Of a DNA stretch of 64,000 bases, positions 1 through 7,783 are shown one piece after another (position 1 is the first letter of the stretch; every line of letters starts with the position of its first letter). The DNA comes from Escherichia phage A7_1: sequence record OP795442; one strand, given 5' to 3'. The notes beneath the pieces were generated by a model that saw only the letters and a program-made list of their open reading frames with translations, was not told where the DNA came from and did not search any database. Position numbers and translations under genes: made by a program.

Positions 1-2
1 TG

Positions 3-374
3 GCTAAAAATACTAACGTTTGTGATTACGCTGATCTGGTTACTCTGAATGCAGATTCTAAAATCAACCTGTCAAACGTGGAAGCGGTGCACGTCCTGGC
101 CCGCCGCTGGTTCCAAAAGTTATATGGTAATACTTATTTCTCTTTAAGTGTAGATGTGGAGATCGCTGGTAAATTGGTAGAAGTAGTTAACGTCCCGTTT
201 ACATATGGTTATGGTGATCATTTCGATACCGTGGCACTGGAAGAATTTAGCAAGGTTATCAACATGGAAGGAAAAGAGTTTTCAGAGTATAGTTACCTTT
301 CCCGTTTTTGCCGTGACAATAACATCCCTGTTTATTCGAACGCTGTTGATGTTAAACGCAAAAAAGATATGTAA
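3..374 (+). CDS. hypothetical protein, probably 5'-partial
   Basis: Frame is open from window start to TAA 372-374; track start GTG 78 has no RBS. Confidence 0.4.
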   Translation, partial: AKNTNVCDYADLVTLNADSKINLSNVEAVHVLARRWFQKLYGNTYFSLSVDVEIAGKLVEVVNVPFTYGYGDHFDTVALEEFSKVINMEGKEFSEYSYLSRFCRDNNIPVYSNAVDVKRKKDM

Positions 375-380
375 TTATTA

Positions 381-440
381 TTGACAGTACATAGAAAACA
401 AGTAAACGGTATTACATAGAAAGCGGGAACACTTCCCGCT
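381..440 (+). promoter_or_regulatory. promoter (TTGACA 381-386) plus 5' hairpin AGCGGGAA/TTCCCGCT 422-440
   Basis: -35 consensus, 17-nt spacer, weak -10 AAACGG, perfect 8-bp GC stem before RBS of 462..713. Confidence 0.5.
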
Positions 441-461
441 TATATTCCAGGAGTAAGAGAA

Positions 462-713
462 ATGATCGAACAAATCAAAACTACGACGGCTAATGTAACG
501 GGTACAATATCGCACTTTATTAGTGATGAATCGCGGGGCGTTCCTTATTGTGCAGTACATGTAAACAAAAATGGCGACTACTGGTTAACGGCGTATGGAT
601 CTTATTCTTTCGGACGTAGTGCACACCAAAAGATCCTGGATAAAGTACAACCAACGGGTAAAAATATTACCGCTGAGATGTTTAATAAATCACTTGCAAA
701 GTTAAAAGCGTAA
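462..713 (+). CDS. hypothetical protein (83 aa)
   Basis: ORF with RBS GGAG upstream, downstream of promoter-hairpin cassette. Confidence 0.55.
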   Translation: MIEQIKTTTANVTGTISHFISDESRGVPYCAVHVNKNGDYWLTAYGSYSFGRSAHQKILDKVQPTGKNITAEMFNKSLAKLKA

Positions 714-753
714 AGTATAATACATCACATCAGGCGGGGAGTGTTTCCCCGCC
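694..753 (+). promoter_or_regulatory. promoter (TTGCAA 694-699, TATAAT 716-721) plus hairpin GGCGGGGA/TCCCCGCC 733-753
   Basis: Consensus -10, perfect 8-bp stem just after predicted start site. Confidence 0.55.
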
Positions 754-774
754 ACAAAATGAAAGGCCAACAAA

Positions 775-954
775 ATGAAATCAAGCATGATGGTAGCGAC
801 TGTAAACATTATCATTGGTAACGGAACTGGACACCACGAAATCATAAAAAACAAGGCTTACTCTATTAGCTCCCTCAAAAACGACATGCGTTTATCTTTG
901 GGCCAAATCCGCGCTTACTTTCGTGAAGGCTATCAGAAAAAAGTAGCAAATTAA
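775..954 (+). CDS. hypothetical small protein (59 aa), absent from ORF track
   Basis: ATG 775 to TAA 952-954 read codon by codon; preceded by promoter-hairpin cassette. Confidence 0.45.
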   Translation: MKSSMMVATVNIIIGNGTGHHEIIKNKAYSISSLKNDMRLSLGQIRAYFREGYQKKVAN

Positions 955-957
955 TAG

Positions 958-986
958 TTGACGCAAAGGTCATTTTAATTTAATCT
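958..986 (+). promoter_or_regulatory. sigma70-like promoter (TTGACG 958-963, TAATCT 981-986)
   Basis: 17-nt spacer; precedes RBS GAGG and ATG 1015. Confidence 0.4.
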
Positions 987-1014
987 ATAACAAATCGACA
1001 AATGAGGCATAATC

Positions 1015-1317
1015 ATGTTTACCAAAGCAAATGAGTATTTCTTTTTAGATTTACTTGATGAAAGTATCTTTGTAGCTATGGGCAAAAAGTCAATGGTCTT
1101 TAAACGCAAAAAAGATAATGGTGACTTTGAAGATAGCGAAGCCGTGCTAACAGTCAAGGAAGGTAAAGATCCTGCAACGTCTGTTTTAATCTACACCTTG
1201 ACCAACGGCGGTGAAGTTATCGCATCAGGGAGTAGCCATCCGATCCCAAAATCGGAAGTGAACACTGTAATTATTGGTTTTGTTGCAGCTTGTTTCTACG
1301 AGGAAAAAAGCAAATGA
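1015..1317 (+). CDS. hypothetical protein (100 aa)
   Basis: ORF with RBS and upstream promoter. Confidence 0.55.
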   Translation: MFTKANEYFFLDLLDESIFVAMGKKSMVFKRKKDNGDFEDSEAVLTVKEGKDPATSVLIYTLTNGGEVIASGSSHPIPKSEVNTVIIGFVAACFYEEKSK

Positions 1318-1478
1318 ATCCGCAAAATTTATCTTATGTAAACTGGCCCAATAAGGCTGAGAAGAAAGAAAACTTGAAACGTCTGGTTAACTTTTATCGT
1401 GAAGCTGGTCATAGTAAAGTAACAGCGGTTAAAATGGCAAAGCGCCACCTTAACAAGCCAAGTACTAAACTAATTTAA
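1314..1478 (+). CDS. hypothetical small protein (54 aa)
   Basis: ATG 1314 overlaps upstream stop TGA 1315-1317 (ATGA coupling); RBS-like AGGAAAAAAG. Confidence 0.4.
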   Translation: MNPQNLSYVNWPNKAEKKENLKRLVNFYREAGHSKVTAVKMAKRHLNKPSTKLI

Positions 1479-1486
1479 AAAACTTG

Positions 1487-1515
1487 TTGACGTTGGCTTG
1501 TGCCGTACCTATAAT
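1487..1515 (+). promoter_or_regulatory. sigma70-like promoter (TTGACG 1487-1492, TATAAT 1510-1515)
   Basis: Consensus -10 with 17-nt spacer. Confidence 0.6.
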
Positions 1516-1550
1516 GGACGGCATAGGCAAACGAAATAGGATTTATAGAA

Positions 1551-1757
1551 ATGAAAAAGAAAATTGTATATAATATTATTAGCTTTATCGCAACTATCCT
1601 CCTGGCTATTGCTGGTCTATCTTTGATTGTTGCAGTAGGATCTCTGTTTCCTGGGGCAATAAGTATTAGCATAGCTTTCGCCGCATTGTCTGTTTTTACA
1701 GGGTATGCAGGGATTAAAGTTACTTACTGGTCAGAAGATTACAAATATTCAAACTAA
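1551..1757 (+). CDS. hypothetical membrane protein (68 aa)
   Basis: Two hydrophobic segments; ORF behind consensus promoter. Confidence 0.55.
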   Translation: MKKKIVYNIISFIATILLAIAGLSLIVAVGSLFPGAISISIAFAALSVFTGYAGIKVTYWSEDYKYSN

Positions 1758-1770
1758 ATTGAGGTGTAAG

Positions 1771-1920
1771 ATGTACAAGCTATTAACCTGGGAAACAGAA
1801 TCATCGTCACCGATCAGCCGGACCTTTTTTGATTTGTGCACGGCTTACAGGCTGGCAAAGGGAGGATATCATAAGGCCCAAATCATTGATGAATTTAATG
1901 TTATCCTTTATGAATTTTAA
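1771..1920 (+). CDS. hypothetical small protein (49 aa)
   Basis: ATG 1771 with RBS GAGGTG, 13 nt after upstream stop; track ORF 1705..1920 starts inside upstream gene. Confidence 0.3.
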   Translation: MYKLLTWETESSSPISRTFFDLCTAYRLAKGGYHKAQIIDEFNVILYEF

Positions 1921-1967
1921 TCAATTCATACACTTAAAAGAAAGTTAGAAAAAGTTTTAAAAAGTGG

Positions 1968-2020
1968 TTGCAACAGGTATTGGATAGTAGTATAGTACTT
2001 TCAACGGGGCGAGATGGCCC
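1968..2020 (+). promoter_or_regulatory. promoter (TTGCAA 1968-1973, TATAGT 1991-1996) plus short hairpin 2007-2020
   Basis: 17-nt spacer; GGGC/GCCC stem downstream. Confidence 0.45.
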
Positions 2021-2049
2021 AAAACGAAAAAACTTGAAAGGTGATTATC

Positions 2050-2142
2050 ATGATGGCAATTTTCTTAGTTTCTCTTCTGGTTGCTGTATGTTCTGCCACT
2101 GCTGCCGCTGTACTTTATGACACTCGCTACAATGAGGAATAA
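2050..2142 (+). CDS. hydrophobic micro-protein (30 aa), absent from ORF track
   Basis: ATG 2050, RBS AGGTG, TAA 2140-2142; sequence MMAIFLVSLLVAVCSATAAAVLYDTRYNEE. Confidence 0.3.
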   Translation: MMAIFLVSLLVAVCSATAAAVLYDTRYNEE

Positions 2143-2147
2143 TAAAA

Positions 2148-2366
2148 ATGAATATTGTCAACATTACAGGTAAGACCGAGATCCTTAAGAATCTTGCACC
2201 AGGTGAGTCCACCGTATGGATCTGCAAAGATGGAGAAGTAGAAAAACAAATGAGATTGTTTACCGCTATTTGTTGTCGGTTAAATATGAAAGTTACACAA
2301 ATCCGATCGATGATTGTTAGTGTGGGAAACATTCCGACTGAATGCATAATTCTTACAAAGATTTAA
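2148..2366 (+). CDS. hypothetical protein (72 aa)
   Basis: ORF 6 nt after upstream stop. Confidence 0.5.
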   Translation: MNIVNITGKTEILKNLAPGESTVWICKDGEVEKQMRLFTAICCRLNMKVTQIRSMIVSVGNIPTECIILTKI

Positions 2367-2373
2367 AAATAGC

Positions 2374-2401
2374 TTTACAACAACGATAAAATCAGTACAA
2401 T
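2374..2401 (+). promoter_or_regulatory. sigma70-like promoter (TTTACA 2374-2379, TACAAT 2396-2401)
   Basis: 16-nt spacer. Confidence 0.45.
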
Positions 2402-2442
2402 ACAAATCAGGCAATAAAGCCAACTAAAGAAAGGTAAAGACC

Positions 2443-2682
2443 ATGCAAACTATTATCACTAAGTTTCTTCCTCCTACGAATACCCGTGGCGCTCGCATCA
2501 AAGCAAAATGTTGGTTGACAGATATCACTATCGCCTATCCGGTAGCCGAGATCAACGAAGCCCATAAACTGGCGGCAGAAGTGTTAATTACAAAATTGAA
2601 GATGACAACAGATATTGATTGGAAAATTGTTGCAAGTGGTGAAACACCGGACGGATCAGGTTATGCATTTATCATCAAATAA
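2443..2682 (+). CDS. hypothetical protein (79 aa)
   Basis: ORF with RBS AAAGGTAAAG. Confidence 0.55.
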   Translation: MQTIITKFLPPTNTRGARIKAKCWLTDITIAYPVAEINEAHKLAAEVLITKLKMTTDIDWKIVASGETPDGSGYAFIIK

Positions 2683-2685
2683 TTG

Positions 2686-2741
2686 TTGACAACAGCAAAG
2701 TAAGCGCGTAGTATTCATTTTACAGGGGCGACAAGCGCCCC
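2686..2741 (+). promoter_or_regulatory. promoter (TTGACA 2686-2691, TAGTAT 2709-2714) plus hairpin GGGGCG/CGCCCC 2725-2741
   Basis: 17-nt spacer; 6-bp GC stem after start site. Confidence 0.55.
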
Positions 2742-2750
2742 GCTTATCAG

Positions 2751-3032
2751 ATGAGACAAATCATGAAAATATCATTGGACGTTGCAATCAAGGCCATCGA
2801 ATCCGGTTACACTCTGGTTAAGGACGATAAGGCTAAAATCGTGCATCACGTTAACAAGGAAACAGGCGAAAGCATGATCACATATAAAGCCGCCTACTTT
2901 CTCCAATCAGTAGCAGATCCGCGCCTGCAACGCCAGGTTACGGCGGCTATCGCTAAAAAATTATGTGCTTTACAAGGTACAAGTTTTAACGAGATCGCCC
3001 CGTGTTTTGATTGGTCAAGCTTGAAAAAATAG
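2751..3032 (+). CDS. hypothetical protein (93 aa)
   Basis: ORF after cassette; start could be ATG 2751 or 2763. Confidence 0.55.
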   Translation: MRQIMKISLDVAIKAIESGYTLVKDDKAKIVHHVNKETGESMITYKAAYFLQSVADPRLQRQVTAAIAKKLCALQGTSFNEIAPCFDWSSLKK

Positions 3033-3033
3033 T

Positions 3034-3091
3034 TTGACAATACGCAGTTATCTGGTAAAGTGTACTACATAGCGCGGAAATACTTCCCGCC
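3034..3091 (+). promoter_or_regulatory. promoter (TTGACA 3034-3039) plus imperfect GC hairpin about 3072-3091
   Basis: Weak -10 AAAGTG at 17-nt spacing, then conserved CATAG and GC stem. Confidence 0.45.
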
Positions 3092-3109
3092 ATTAATGAG
3101 GATAATTTA

Positions 3110-3247
3110 ATGAAAACTTTCAACGCAACAGCCTCGACAATTGGTTATATTATTACAGTGCAAGCCGTAGATCTGGTAGCAGCAGCAAACAAGATTAAAA
3201 GAATGATCCCGCTAGGTAGTGAATTTTCCGTTTGGGAAGTAAAATAA
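3110..3247 (+). CDS. hypothetical small protein (45 aa), absent from ORF track
   Basis: ATG 3110, RBS GAGG, TAA 3245-3247. Confidence 0.4.
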   Translation: MKTFNATASTIGYIITVQAVDLVAAANKIKRMIPLGSEFSVWEVK

Positions 3248-3250
3248 TTC

Positions 3251-3312
3251 TTGACAATAGTTTGTTACTTGATAGAATGTATTTCGTAGGGCGGGGCAAT
3301 GGAGCAACGCCC
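3251..3312 (+). promoter_or_regulatory. promoter (TTGACA 3251-3256) plus hairpin GGGCG...CGCCC 3289-3312
   Basis: Same architecture as neighbouring cassettes. Confidence 0.45.
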
Positions 3313-3330
3313 ATTAATGAGGCTAGCATC

Positions 3331-3435
3331 ATGTTAGAGAAAATTTTCACGGTTGCAGTGGTTGGCCTGGCGTTATCGGTTGGAGTGGTTGCAACTATGG
3401 CTAATATGATCCTATCTTCCCACGGTATCGGTTAA
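3331..3435 (+). CDS. hydrophobic micro-protein (34 aa)
   Basis: ATG 3331 after hairpin; track ORF 3232..3435 starts upstream of the promoter in the same frame. Confidence 0.35.
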   Translation: MLEKIFTVAVVGLALSVGVVATMANMILSSHGIG

Positions 3436-3447
3436 GAGAGACACATC

Positions 3448-3834
3448 ATGAAAACAGAAATCATTATTGAAATCATCAACGGTTACAAAGAGGCTTTTAT
3501 CTTTGCTGAATCAGCCAGGAATCACGAAGGTGATTTTATAGATGACATGACTGATTATGATTTTTCAGATCAAGCCCAGCAACGGATCATTCGTGACGTG
3601 GCGGCTTTTTGTGACGCCAATGATGCCGCTATCTCTGAGGCAATGAGCGACGGCGCAACAGCCAACCAGATCGGGAATGATTTACATTTTACCCGTAACG
3701 GTCACAGCGTAGGCTTTTGGGATCGCCCTGAGATATACACTACTAACACGGCTAACCGTTTGACCAATGCCGCTAAATTTATGCCAAACGTGTCAGCCTA
3801 CATTGGGAAAGATAATCTGATTTATATTGAATAA
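3448..3834 (+). CDS. hypothetical acidic protein (128 aa)
   Basis: ORF with RBS AAGAGAG. Confidence 0.55.
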   Translation: MKTEIIIEIINGYKEAFIFAESARNHEGDFIDDMTDYDFSDQAQQRIIRDVAAFCDANDAAISEAMSDGATANQIGNDLHFTRNGHSVGFWDRPEIYTTNTANRLTNAAKFMPNVSAYIGKDNLIYIE

Positions 3835-3840
3835 AAAGTA

Positions 3841-3895
3841 TTGACAAGCTGAATCAACCTGACAAGATGTATCACATAGGGGCGATAAACGCCCC
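3841..3895 (+). promoter_or_regulatory. promoter (TTGACA 3841-3846) plus hairpin GGGGCG-ATAAA-CGCCCC 3879-3895
   Basis: 6-bp GC stem after conserved CATAG. Confidence 0.5.
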
Positions 3896-3915
3896 ATAAC
3901 AGAAAGGGTAATCTT

Positions 3916-4110
3916 ATGACGTTAGCAACATGTACCGGATCAAAAATTGCTTGCTTTGAGTTTATGGAAGACTACCACACGACCGCAATCACTGACCAAT
4001 ATATTACAGTGATCACGCGTGACGGTATCGCCTGGCATGTTCCGGTTTATGATGGGGATACCTATGAAGTCACCGACAGCGACGGCAATACAGCTATCTT
4101 TGTTGTCTAA
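3916..4110 (+). CDS. hypothetical protein (64 aa)
   Basis: ORF with RBS AAAGGG. Confidence 0.55.
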   Translation: MTLATCTGSKIACFEFMEDYHTTAITDQYITVITRDGIAWHVPVYDGDTYEVTDSDGNTAIFVV

Positions 4111-4121
4111 GGGGGAACACT

Positions 4122-4349
4122 ATGCACAATAACATCATTACCGATCGTGCCGCCACTATGCGCCCTGGCGATCGGGCACGTTTACAGGTTGGCGCTTATC
4201 CGTTCCCTACTTATGACTTTTGCAAGGTGACGGCAGTCGAAAACAATCCCTTTGATCCTGATACTGTGATCATATGGTACGAAGGAAGGGGAAATAAGTA
4301 TGAAGATGTTTTATGGCGGGATGAGCATATCAACATTATTCGTTACTAA
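4122..4349 (+). CDS. hypothetical protein (75 aa)
   Basis: ORF with RBS GGGGGA. Confidence 0.55.
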   Translation: MHNNIITDRAATMRPGDRARLQVGAYPFPTYDFCKVTAVENNPFDPDTVIIWYEGRGNKYEDVLWRDEHINIIRY

Positions 4350-4466
4350 TCGCCACCTAACAGCCTAAATAGTAGGAGGCAATGCAATCCCTACTCAATG
4401 AGAATGGAGCGCCCTGGCTTATGCTGGGGCGTTTTATGTTGTATGGAAATAATTTAGAAAATAAGC

Positions 4467-4525
4467 TTGACGCCGGGAATGTTAGCGCGTATAGTTTATC
4501 ACATAGGGCGGCAATAGTGCCGCTC
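4467..4525 (+). promoter_or_regulatory. promoter (TTGACG 4467-4472, TATAGT 4490-4495) plus hairpin GCGGCA/TGCCGC 4506-4525
   Basis: 17-nt spacer; lies inside track ORF 4382..4717. Confidence 0.5.
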
Positions 4526-4543
4526 ATAATTGGAGTAGAGATC

Positions 4544-4717
4544 ATGGCAATTCTGGCGAAAGATGTAAAAGTAGGTATGACCTTTAATGATTGTGAAGTT
4601 GTCTATGTTGCCGCGCACGGCGACGGTATCATTACCATTGAAACAGAACACTTTGATCGAGATTGTGGCGAGATGGAATATTTTTCTTGCGAGTATCATG
4701 AAAACGATGAGTTTTAA
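4544..4717 (+). CDS. hypothetical protein (58 aa); could extend in frame from ATG 4382
   Basis: ATG 4544 with RBS GGAG downstream of embedded cassette. Confidence 0.4.
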   Translation: MAILAKDVKVGMTFNDCEVVYVAAHGDGIITIETEHFDRDCGEMEYFSCEYHENDEF

Positions 4718-4721
4718 ACTA

Positions 4722-4778
4722 TTGACACTGTAAGTAATTGTGTTAATATTTTTGTGTAGGGCGGCAATGTTGCCGCTC
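4722..4778 (+). promoter_or_regulatory. promoter (TTGACA 4722-4727, AATATT 4745-4750) plus hairpin GCGGCA/TGCCGC 4759-4778
   Basis: Hairpin nearly identical to the one at 4506-4525. Confidence 0.55.
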
Positions 4779-4797
4779 ACTGACTGGAGCTATCACC

Positions 4798-5199
4798 ATG
4801 ACCTTTACAATCACCTCTTACACTGACGTTGCCAGCATTGCTAAAACTTTCGGCCCTGAAGCCCTTAAATATGCGGTATCCAATGGTAATCTGACAAAAG
4901 AGGAATGTTATCTGATTGGAAGCTGTAAACGTTGGGCGGTATCTCGTAACATCGAGATTGAAAACGTAAATGATGGCAACATCGAATATAGCGTTGATGC
5001 AGTATTCCAAGTTGTTGATTTAGGTGGTATCTATAATACCAATCTTAATGATGTGCGTATCGTTCGCACTGGCTTTGGGGCTTATGATGTTCCAGTTCGT
5101 GAAGCTATGGAAAAAGGTTATATTAATCCAGCCATTTTAAGCATGATCATGACTGAGGCCAAACAACGTAACGAGATACGGGCTATCCTGGGCCTGTAA
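4798..5199 (+). CDS. hypothetical protein (133 aa)
   Basis: ORF with RBS GGAG. Confidence 0.6.
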   Translation: MTFTITSYTDVASIAKTFGPEALKYAVSNGNLTKEECYLIGSCKRWAVSRNIEIENVNDGNIEYSVDAVFQVVDLGGIYNTNLNDVRIVRTGFGAYDVPVREAMEKGYINPAILSMIMTEAKQRNEIRAILGL

Positions 5200-5220
5200 T
5201 GAAATATTAATGGAAAACTA

Positions 5221-5272
5221 TTGACACGGATCGTCAATATGCTAATATTTATCACGTAGGGCGGCAACGCCC
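5221..5272 (+). promoter_or_regulatory. promoter (TTGACA 5221-5226, AATATT 5244-5249) plus hairpin GGGCG-GCAA-CGCCC 5259-5272
   Basis: 17-nt spacer; GC stem with GNRA-like loop. Confidence 0.55.
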
Positions 5273-5298
5273 CAGATTAATAAAAATAGGAAATAAAT

Positions 5299-5505
5299 AT
5301 GACTACTTCAATGATCAGATCTTCCGACATTAAAAAGGCTTTATCTGCATTGCGTTATCATCATAGAATGAAAGTAATCAACGATGAGAGCTATCTAGAT
5401 TCATCGTTAGAAAGCGATACGTTGGAAGCCATTTCAAAATTATCTGATTTGCATAAACGCATGACCGAAAGCAACCGATCCGACTTCATAGGGGGCGAAA
5501 TATGA
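5299..5505 (+). CDS. hypothetical protein (68 aa)
   Basis: ORF with RBS AGGAAA. Confidence 0.55.
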   Translation: MTTSMIRSSDIKKALSALRYHHRMKVINDESYLDSSLESDTLEAISKLSDLHKRMTESNRSDFIGGEI

Positions 5506-5762
5506 GCATTGCAATGTTAATCAATACCGTAGAAGAGGCGAAAGCATTAAAGTTACGTGTTGAACTGATTGATCAGCCAGGTGGAGATCTCCTTGTACAA
5601 ATCTATCCCCCAAAGGATGATTCTGGCGCTTATGATTGGTGCTACTCTGACACGTTCGAACAAGTAGACATTAAAGCAATAACATCATTTATCAATAGGG
5701 CTATACTTGAGCAAACGATAGAACTTAACGGGATGTTAAAAACACCCTGGCACATTTACTGA
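5502..5762 (+). CDS. hypothetical protein (86 aa)
   Basis: ATGA overlap with upstream gene. Confidence 0.55.
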   Translation: MSIAMLINTVEEAKALKLRVELIDQPGGDLLVQIYPPKDDSGAYDWCYSDTFEQVDIKAITSFINRAILEQTIELNGMLKTPWHIY

Positions 5763-5772
5763 GTTCGACAAA

Positions 5773-5800
5773 AGGGCTTGACTTGTTCAGCCCTTTTTTG
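5773..5800 (+). terminator. intrinsic terminator
   Basis: GC-rich hairpin followed by TTTTTT. Confidence 0.6.
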
Positions 5801-5939
5801 CTATTCTTATCAAACGGGCGGCACCTGGGAACAGGGGGGAGGTAATCACTGGACGACTCCGCTATATAGTGATAGTAAATAGCTATCAATAATCTCCAAA
5901 AATAAAATAAAACATATCGAATCTTTACAATTCTTTCTG

Positions 5940-5968
5940 TTGACACAACAACCGCATTACAGTATTAT
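5940..5968 (+). promoter_or_regulatory. sigma70-like promoter (TTGACA 5940-5945, TATTAT 5963-5968)
   Basis: 17-nt spacer; no ORF downstream for about 340 nt. Confidence 0.5.
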
Positions 5969-5975
5969 TTATCTC

Positions 5976-6240
5976 GTAGGGCAGCGAAGCAGTGATGTAA
6001 AGTAGTTACTCTATGATGTAAGTTCTGAGAAGTCGAATCCGATAAAGTATCAGAAAGTTTCTAAGTTTTCGAATCGTCCAGATGAAAAAGGCTGGCAAGT
6101 GTTGAGAAAGGGCACGTTGAGTAAGTCCTGAACAGGGGCGCTCCTAGACACCTTCTACTGAGATTGCGATCGAAGTGTTAAACTGTGAGAAACGATAAAG
6201 AGTACCAGGAAAGAAAGAAGTAAAAGAAGTGAAAAAGATT
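5976..6240 (+). ncRNA. candidate small non-coding RNA or long leader
   Basis: Promoter-driven segment with stops in all frames and longest ATG ORF of 7 codons; AG-rich 3' part. Confidence 0.25.
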
Positions 6241-6241
6241 G

Positions 6242-6271
6242 TTGACACGAAGGTAAGTTTTGTACTATTAT
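6242..6271 (+). promoter_or_regulatory. sigma70-like promoter (TTGACA 6242-6247, TATTAT 6266-6271)
   Basis: 18-nt spacer. Confidence 0.5.
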
Positions 6272-6315
6272 CTATCTTGTAGGGCAAACTTCAAAAACAT
6301 TAAAAAGGGTACAAA

Positions 6316-6591
6316 ATGTTACAGCTTAACGCCAAATTAGACAAAGAAATCACTGAATTTTGGGATATGGTAGTAGCTACAGATGTTGACGGTGTAGCAA
6401 GTCCTTACCTCAACAACATCGAATACCACAATGTTGCTGCAATGAATGCAGAATACGCAGAAGAAGGCGGCGCGGATAAGTTTGCTAAAAGCAACGGTTT
6501 CACTGATGCTAACGACATGATGCAATCAGTATTGTGGCAAGCCCAGGAAGATTTTCAAGAAAAAACCCTTGAATTCGCCAGACGTTCATAA
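6316..6591 (+). CDS. hypothetical acidic protein (91 aa)
   Basis: ORF with RBS AAGGG. Confidence 0.55.
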   Translation: MLQLNAKLDKEITEFWDMVVATDVDGVASPYLNNIEYHNVAAMNAEYAEEGGADKFAKSNGFTDANDMMQSVLWQAQEDFQEKTLEFARRS

Positions 6592-6643
6592 TAGAATAAT
6601 CAAACGGGCCGAAAGGCCCACTAACTAACCTAACAGGATTATC

Positions 6644-6916
6644 ATGATGAATCGCATCGACCAATTGAAAGTAGTTCAGCATATGGCCTACCGTATCCTT
6701 GAAGTTCAGAAAGGAAGCAAAAAAGAAGTATGTGAGAAAGCGTACAAGGTATTCAGCCATAAATCTGACGATTGGAAGTTGCAGAAAGTCAAAAAGGCCG
6801 ACATTCTGGGCTATCTTGAAGAAGAGATCCGACTTGCAGACCAAAAACAGATTCGTCGTGATGAGGCTGAACATAACCAGGCTTGGAAAGAATGGTTTAA
6901 AGGGTACACTAAGTAA
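6644..6916 (+). CDS. hypothetical protein (90 aa)
   Basis: ORF with RBS CAGGA. Confidence 0.5.
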   Translation: MMNRIDQLKVVQHMAYRILEVQKGSKKEVCEKAYKVFSHKSDDWKLQKVKKADILGYLEEEIRLADQKQIRRDEAEHNQAWKEWFKGYTK

Positions 6917-6925
6917 TACTAAAAC

Positions 6926-6947
6926 AGGGGTCATATGGCCCCTTTGT
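6926..6947 (+). terminator. intrinsic terminator
   Basis: Hairpin AGGGGTCATATGGCCCCT then TTTG. Confidence 0.5.
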
Positions 6948-6977
6948 AAATATCCTATTAATTTACAATTTTCCCTA

Positions 6978-7007
6978 TTGACAGAGAAGTCAGTTTTGCA
7001 CTATAGT
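6978..7007 (+). promoter_or_regulatory. sigma70-like promoter (TTGACA 6978-6983, TATAGT 7002-7007)
   Basis: 18-nt spacer. Confidence 0.5.
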
Positions 7008-7047
7008 TAAGTTCCTGGCAGCAAACAACAAAACAAAGGATAATAGC

Positions 7048-7467
7048 ATGAACATCAAATCAACTAATCCAGCATACTCTTTCGATAACGCCTTTTGTCA
7101 CGGTAGCGCCGCCAAAGGTTTTGAAATTGATGGTAAACTGGTTATCGTCAATGTTGATGGGGAAGAGGTTGCAGTTTATCCAGTAGCAGACGTTAAAAGC
7201 CGTTTACAATGCCGCATGGATGTTAACGATTATCGCCTTGATCCGGTTCGTGTAGTTGCCCTGGTTCTGGAAGAGGAAATTAAAGCAATGCAGCACAGCA
7301 ACAAATTTATCGGCGATGCACAGGACAACATGAAAGTAAGCCGCCACAAAGTTAATGAAGCACTGAAAGATTTTGGCTTTAAAGATCTAGTTATCAAACG
7401 TGATGAAAAATTCCGCTTTCGTAATGATCTGGCAAATCGCTACTATGAAATATATGAAGCACTTTAA
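7048..7467 (+). CDS. hypothetical protein (139 aa)
   Basis: ORF with RBS AAGGA. Confidence 0.6.
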   Translation: MNIKSTNPAYSFDNAFCHGSAAKGFEIDGKLVIVNVDGEEVAVYPVADVKSRLQCRMDVNDYRLDPVRVVALVLEEEIKAMQHSNKFIGDAQDNMKVSRHKVNEALKDFGFKDLVIKRDEKFRFRNDLANRYYEIYEAL

Positions 7468-7472
7468 TAAAA

Positions 7473-7494
7473 AGGCCGCAATAGCGGCCTTTGT
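7473..7494 (+). terminator. intrinsic terminator
   Basis: Hairpin AGGCCGC-AATA-GCGGCCT then TTGT. Confidence 0.55.
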
Positions 7495-7497
7495 CTA

Positions 7498-7526
7498 TTG
7501 ACACCTGGTAAGCATTTCTTTAATAT
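7498..7526 (+). promoter_or_regulatory. sigma70-like promoter (TTGACA 7498-7503, TAATAT 7521-7526)
   Basis: 17-nt spacer. Confidence 0.55.
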
Positions 7527-7578
7527 GTATCTTGTAGGGCAAGCAATAACGCAAGCCTATAAACAGGACAAACTAATC

Positions 7579-7776
7579 ATGACCATCGCTAATGAACTGA
7601 TCGCTGTACTGAATGAAGCCAAATCTAATGATATCGATGTACAGATTAAAGAGTTACCCAATGGTCTGATCGGTTGTACTTGCACTTGTGTCGGAAGTGA
7701 CTACACAGAAGTAAGCTCACTAGAATCTTTGATCCGTCACCTCAAGGCGATAGTAGAAGATTGGAGAATCATCTAA
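7579..7776 (+). CDS. hypothetical protein (65 aa), C-x-C-x-C motif
   Basis: ATG 7579 downstream of promoter; track ORF starts inside the promoter. Confidence 0.5.
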   Translation: MTIANELIAVLNEAKSNDIDVQIKELPNGLIGCTCTCVGSDYTEVSSLESLIRHLKAIVEDWRII

Positions 7777-7783
7777 TCAACAA

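Noticed and set aside
4382-4543. N-terminal extension of ORF 4382..4717
   Set aside because: A complete promoter-hairpin cassette lies inside it, so the downstream ATG 4544 with its own RBS is the more likely start; the in-frame extension is not excluded.
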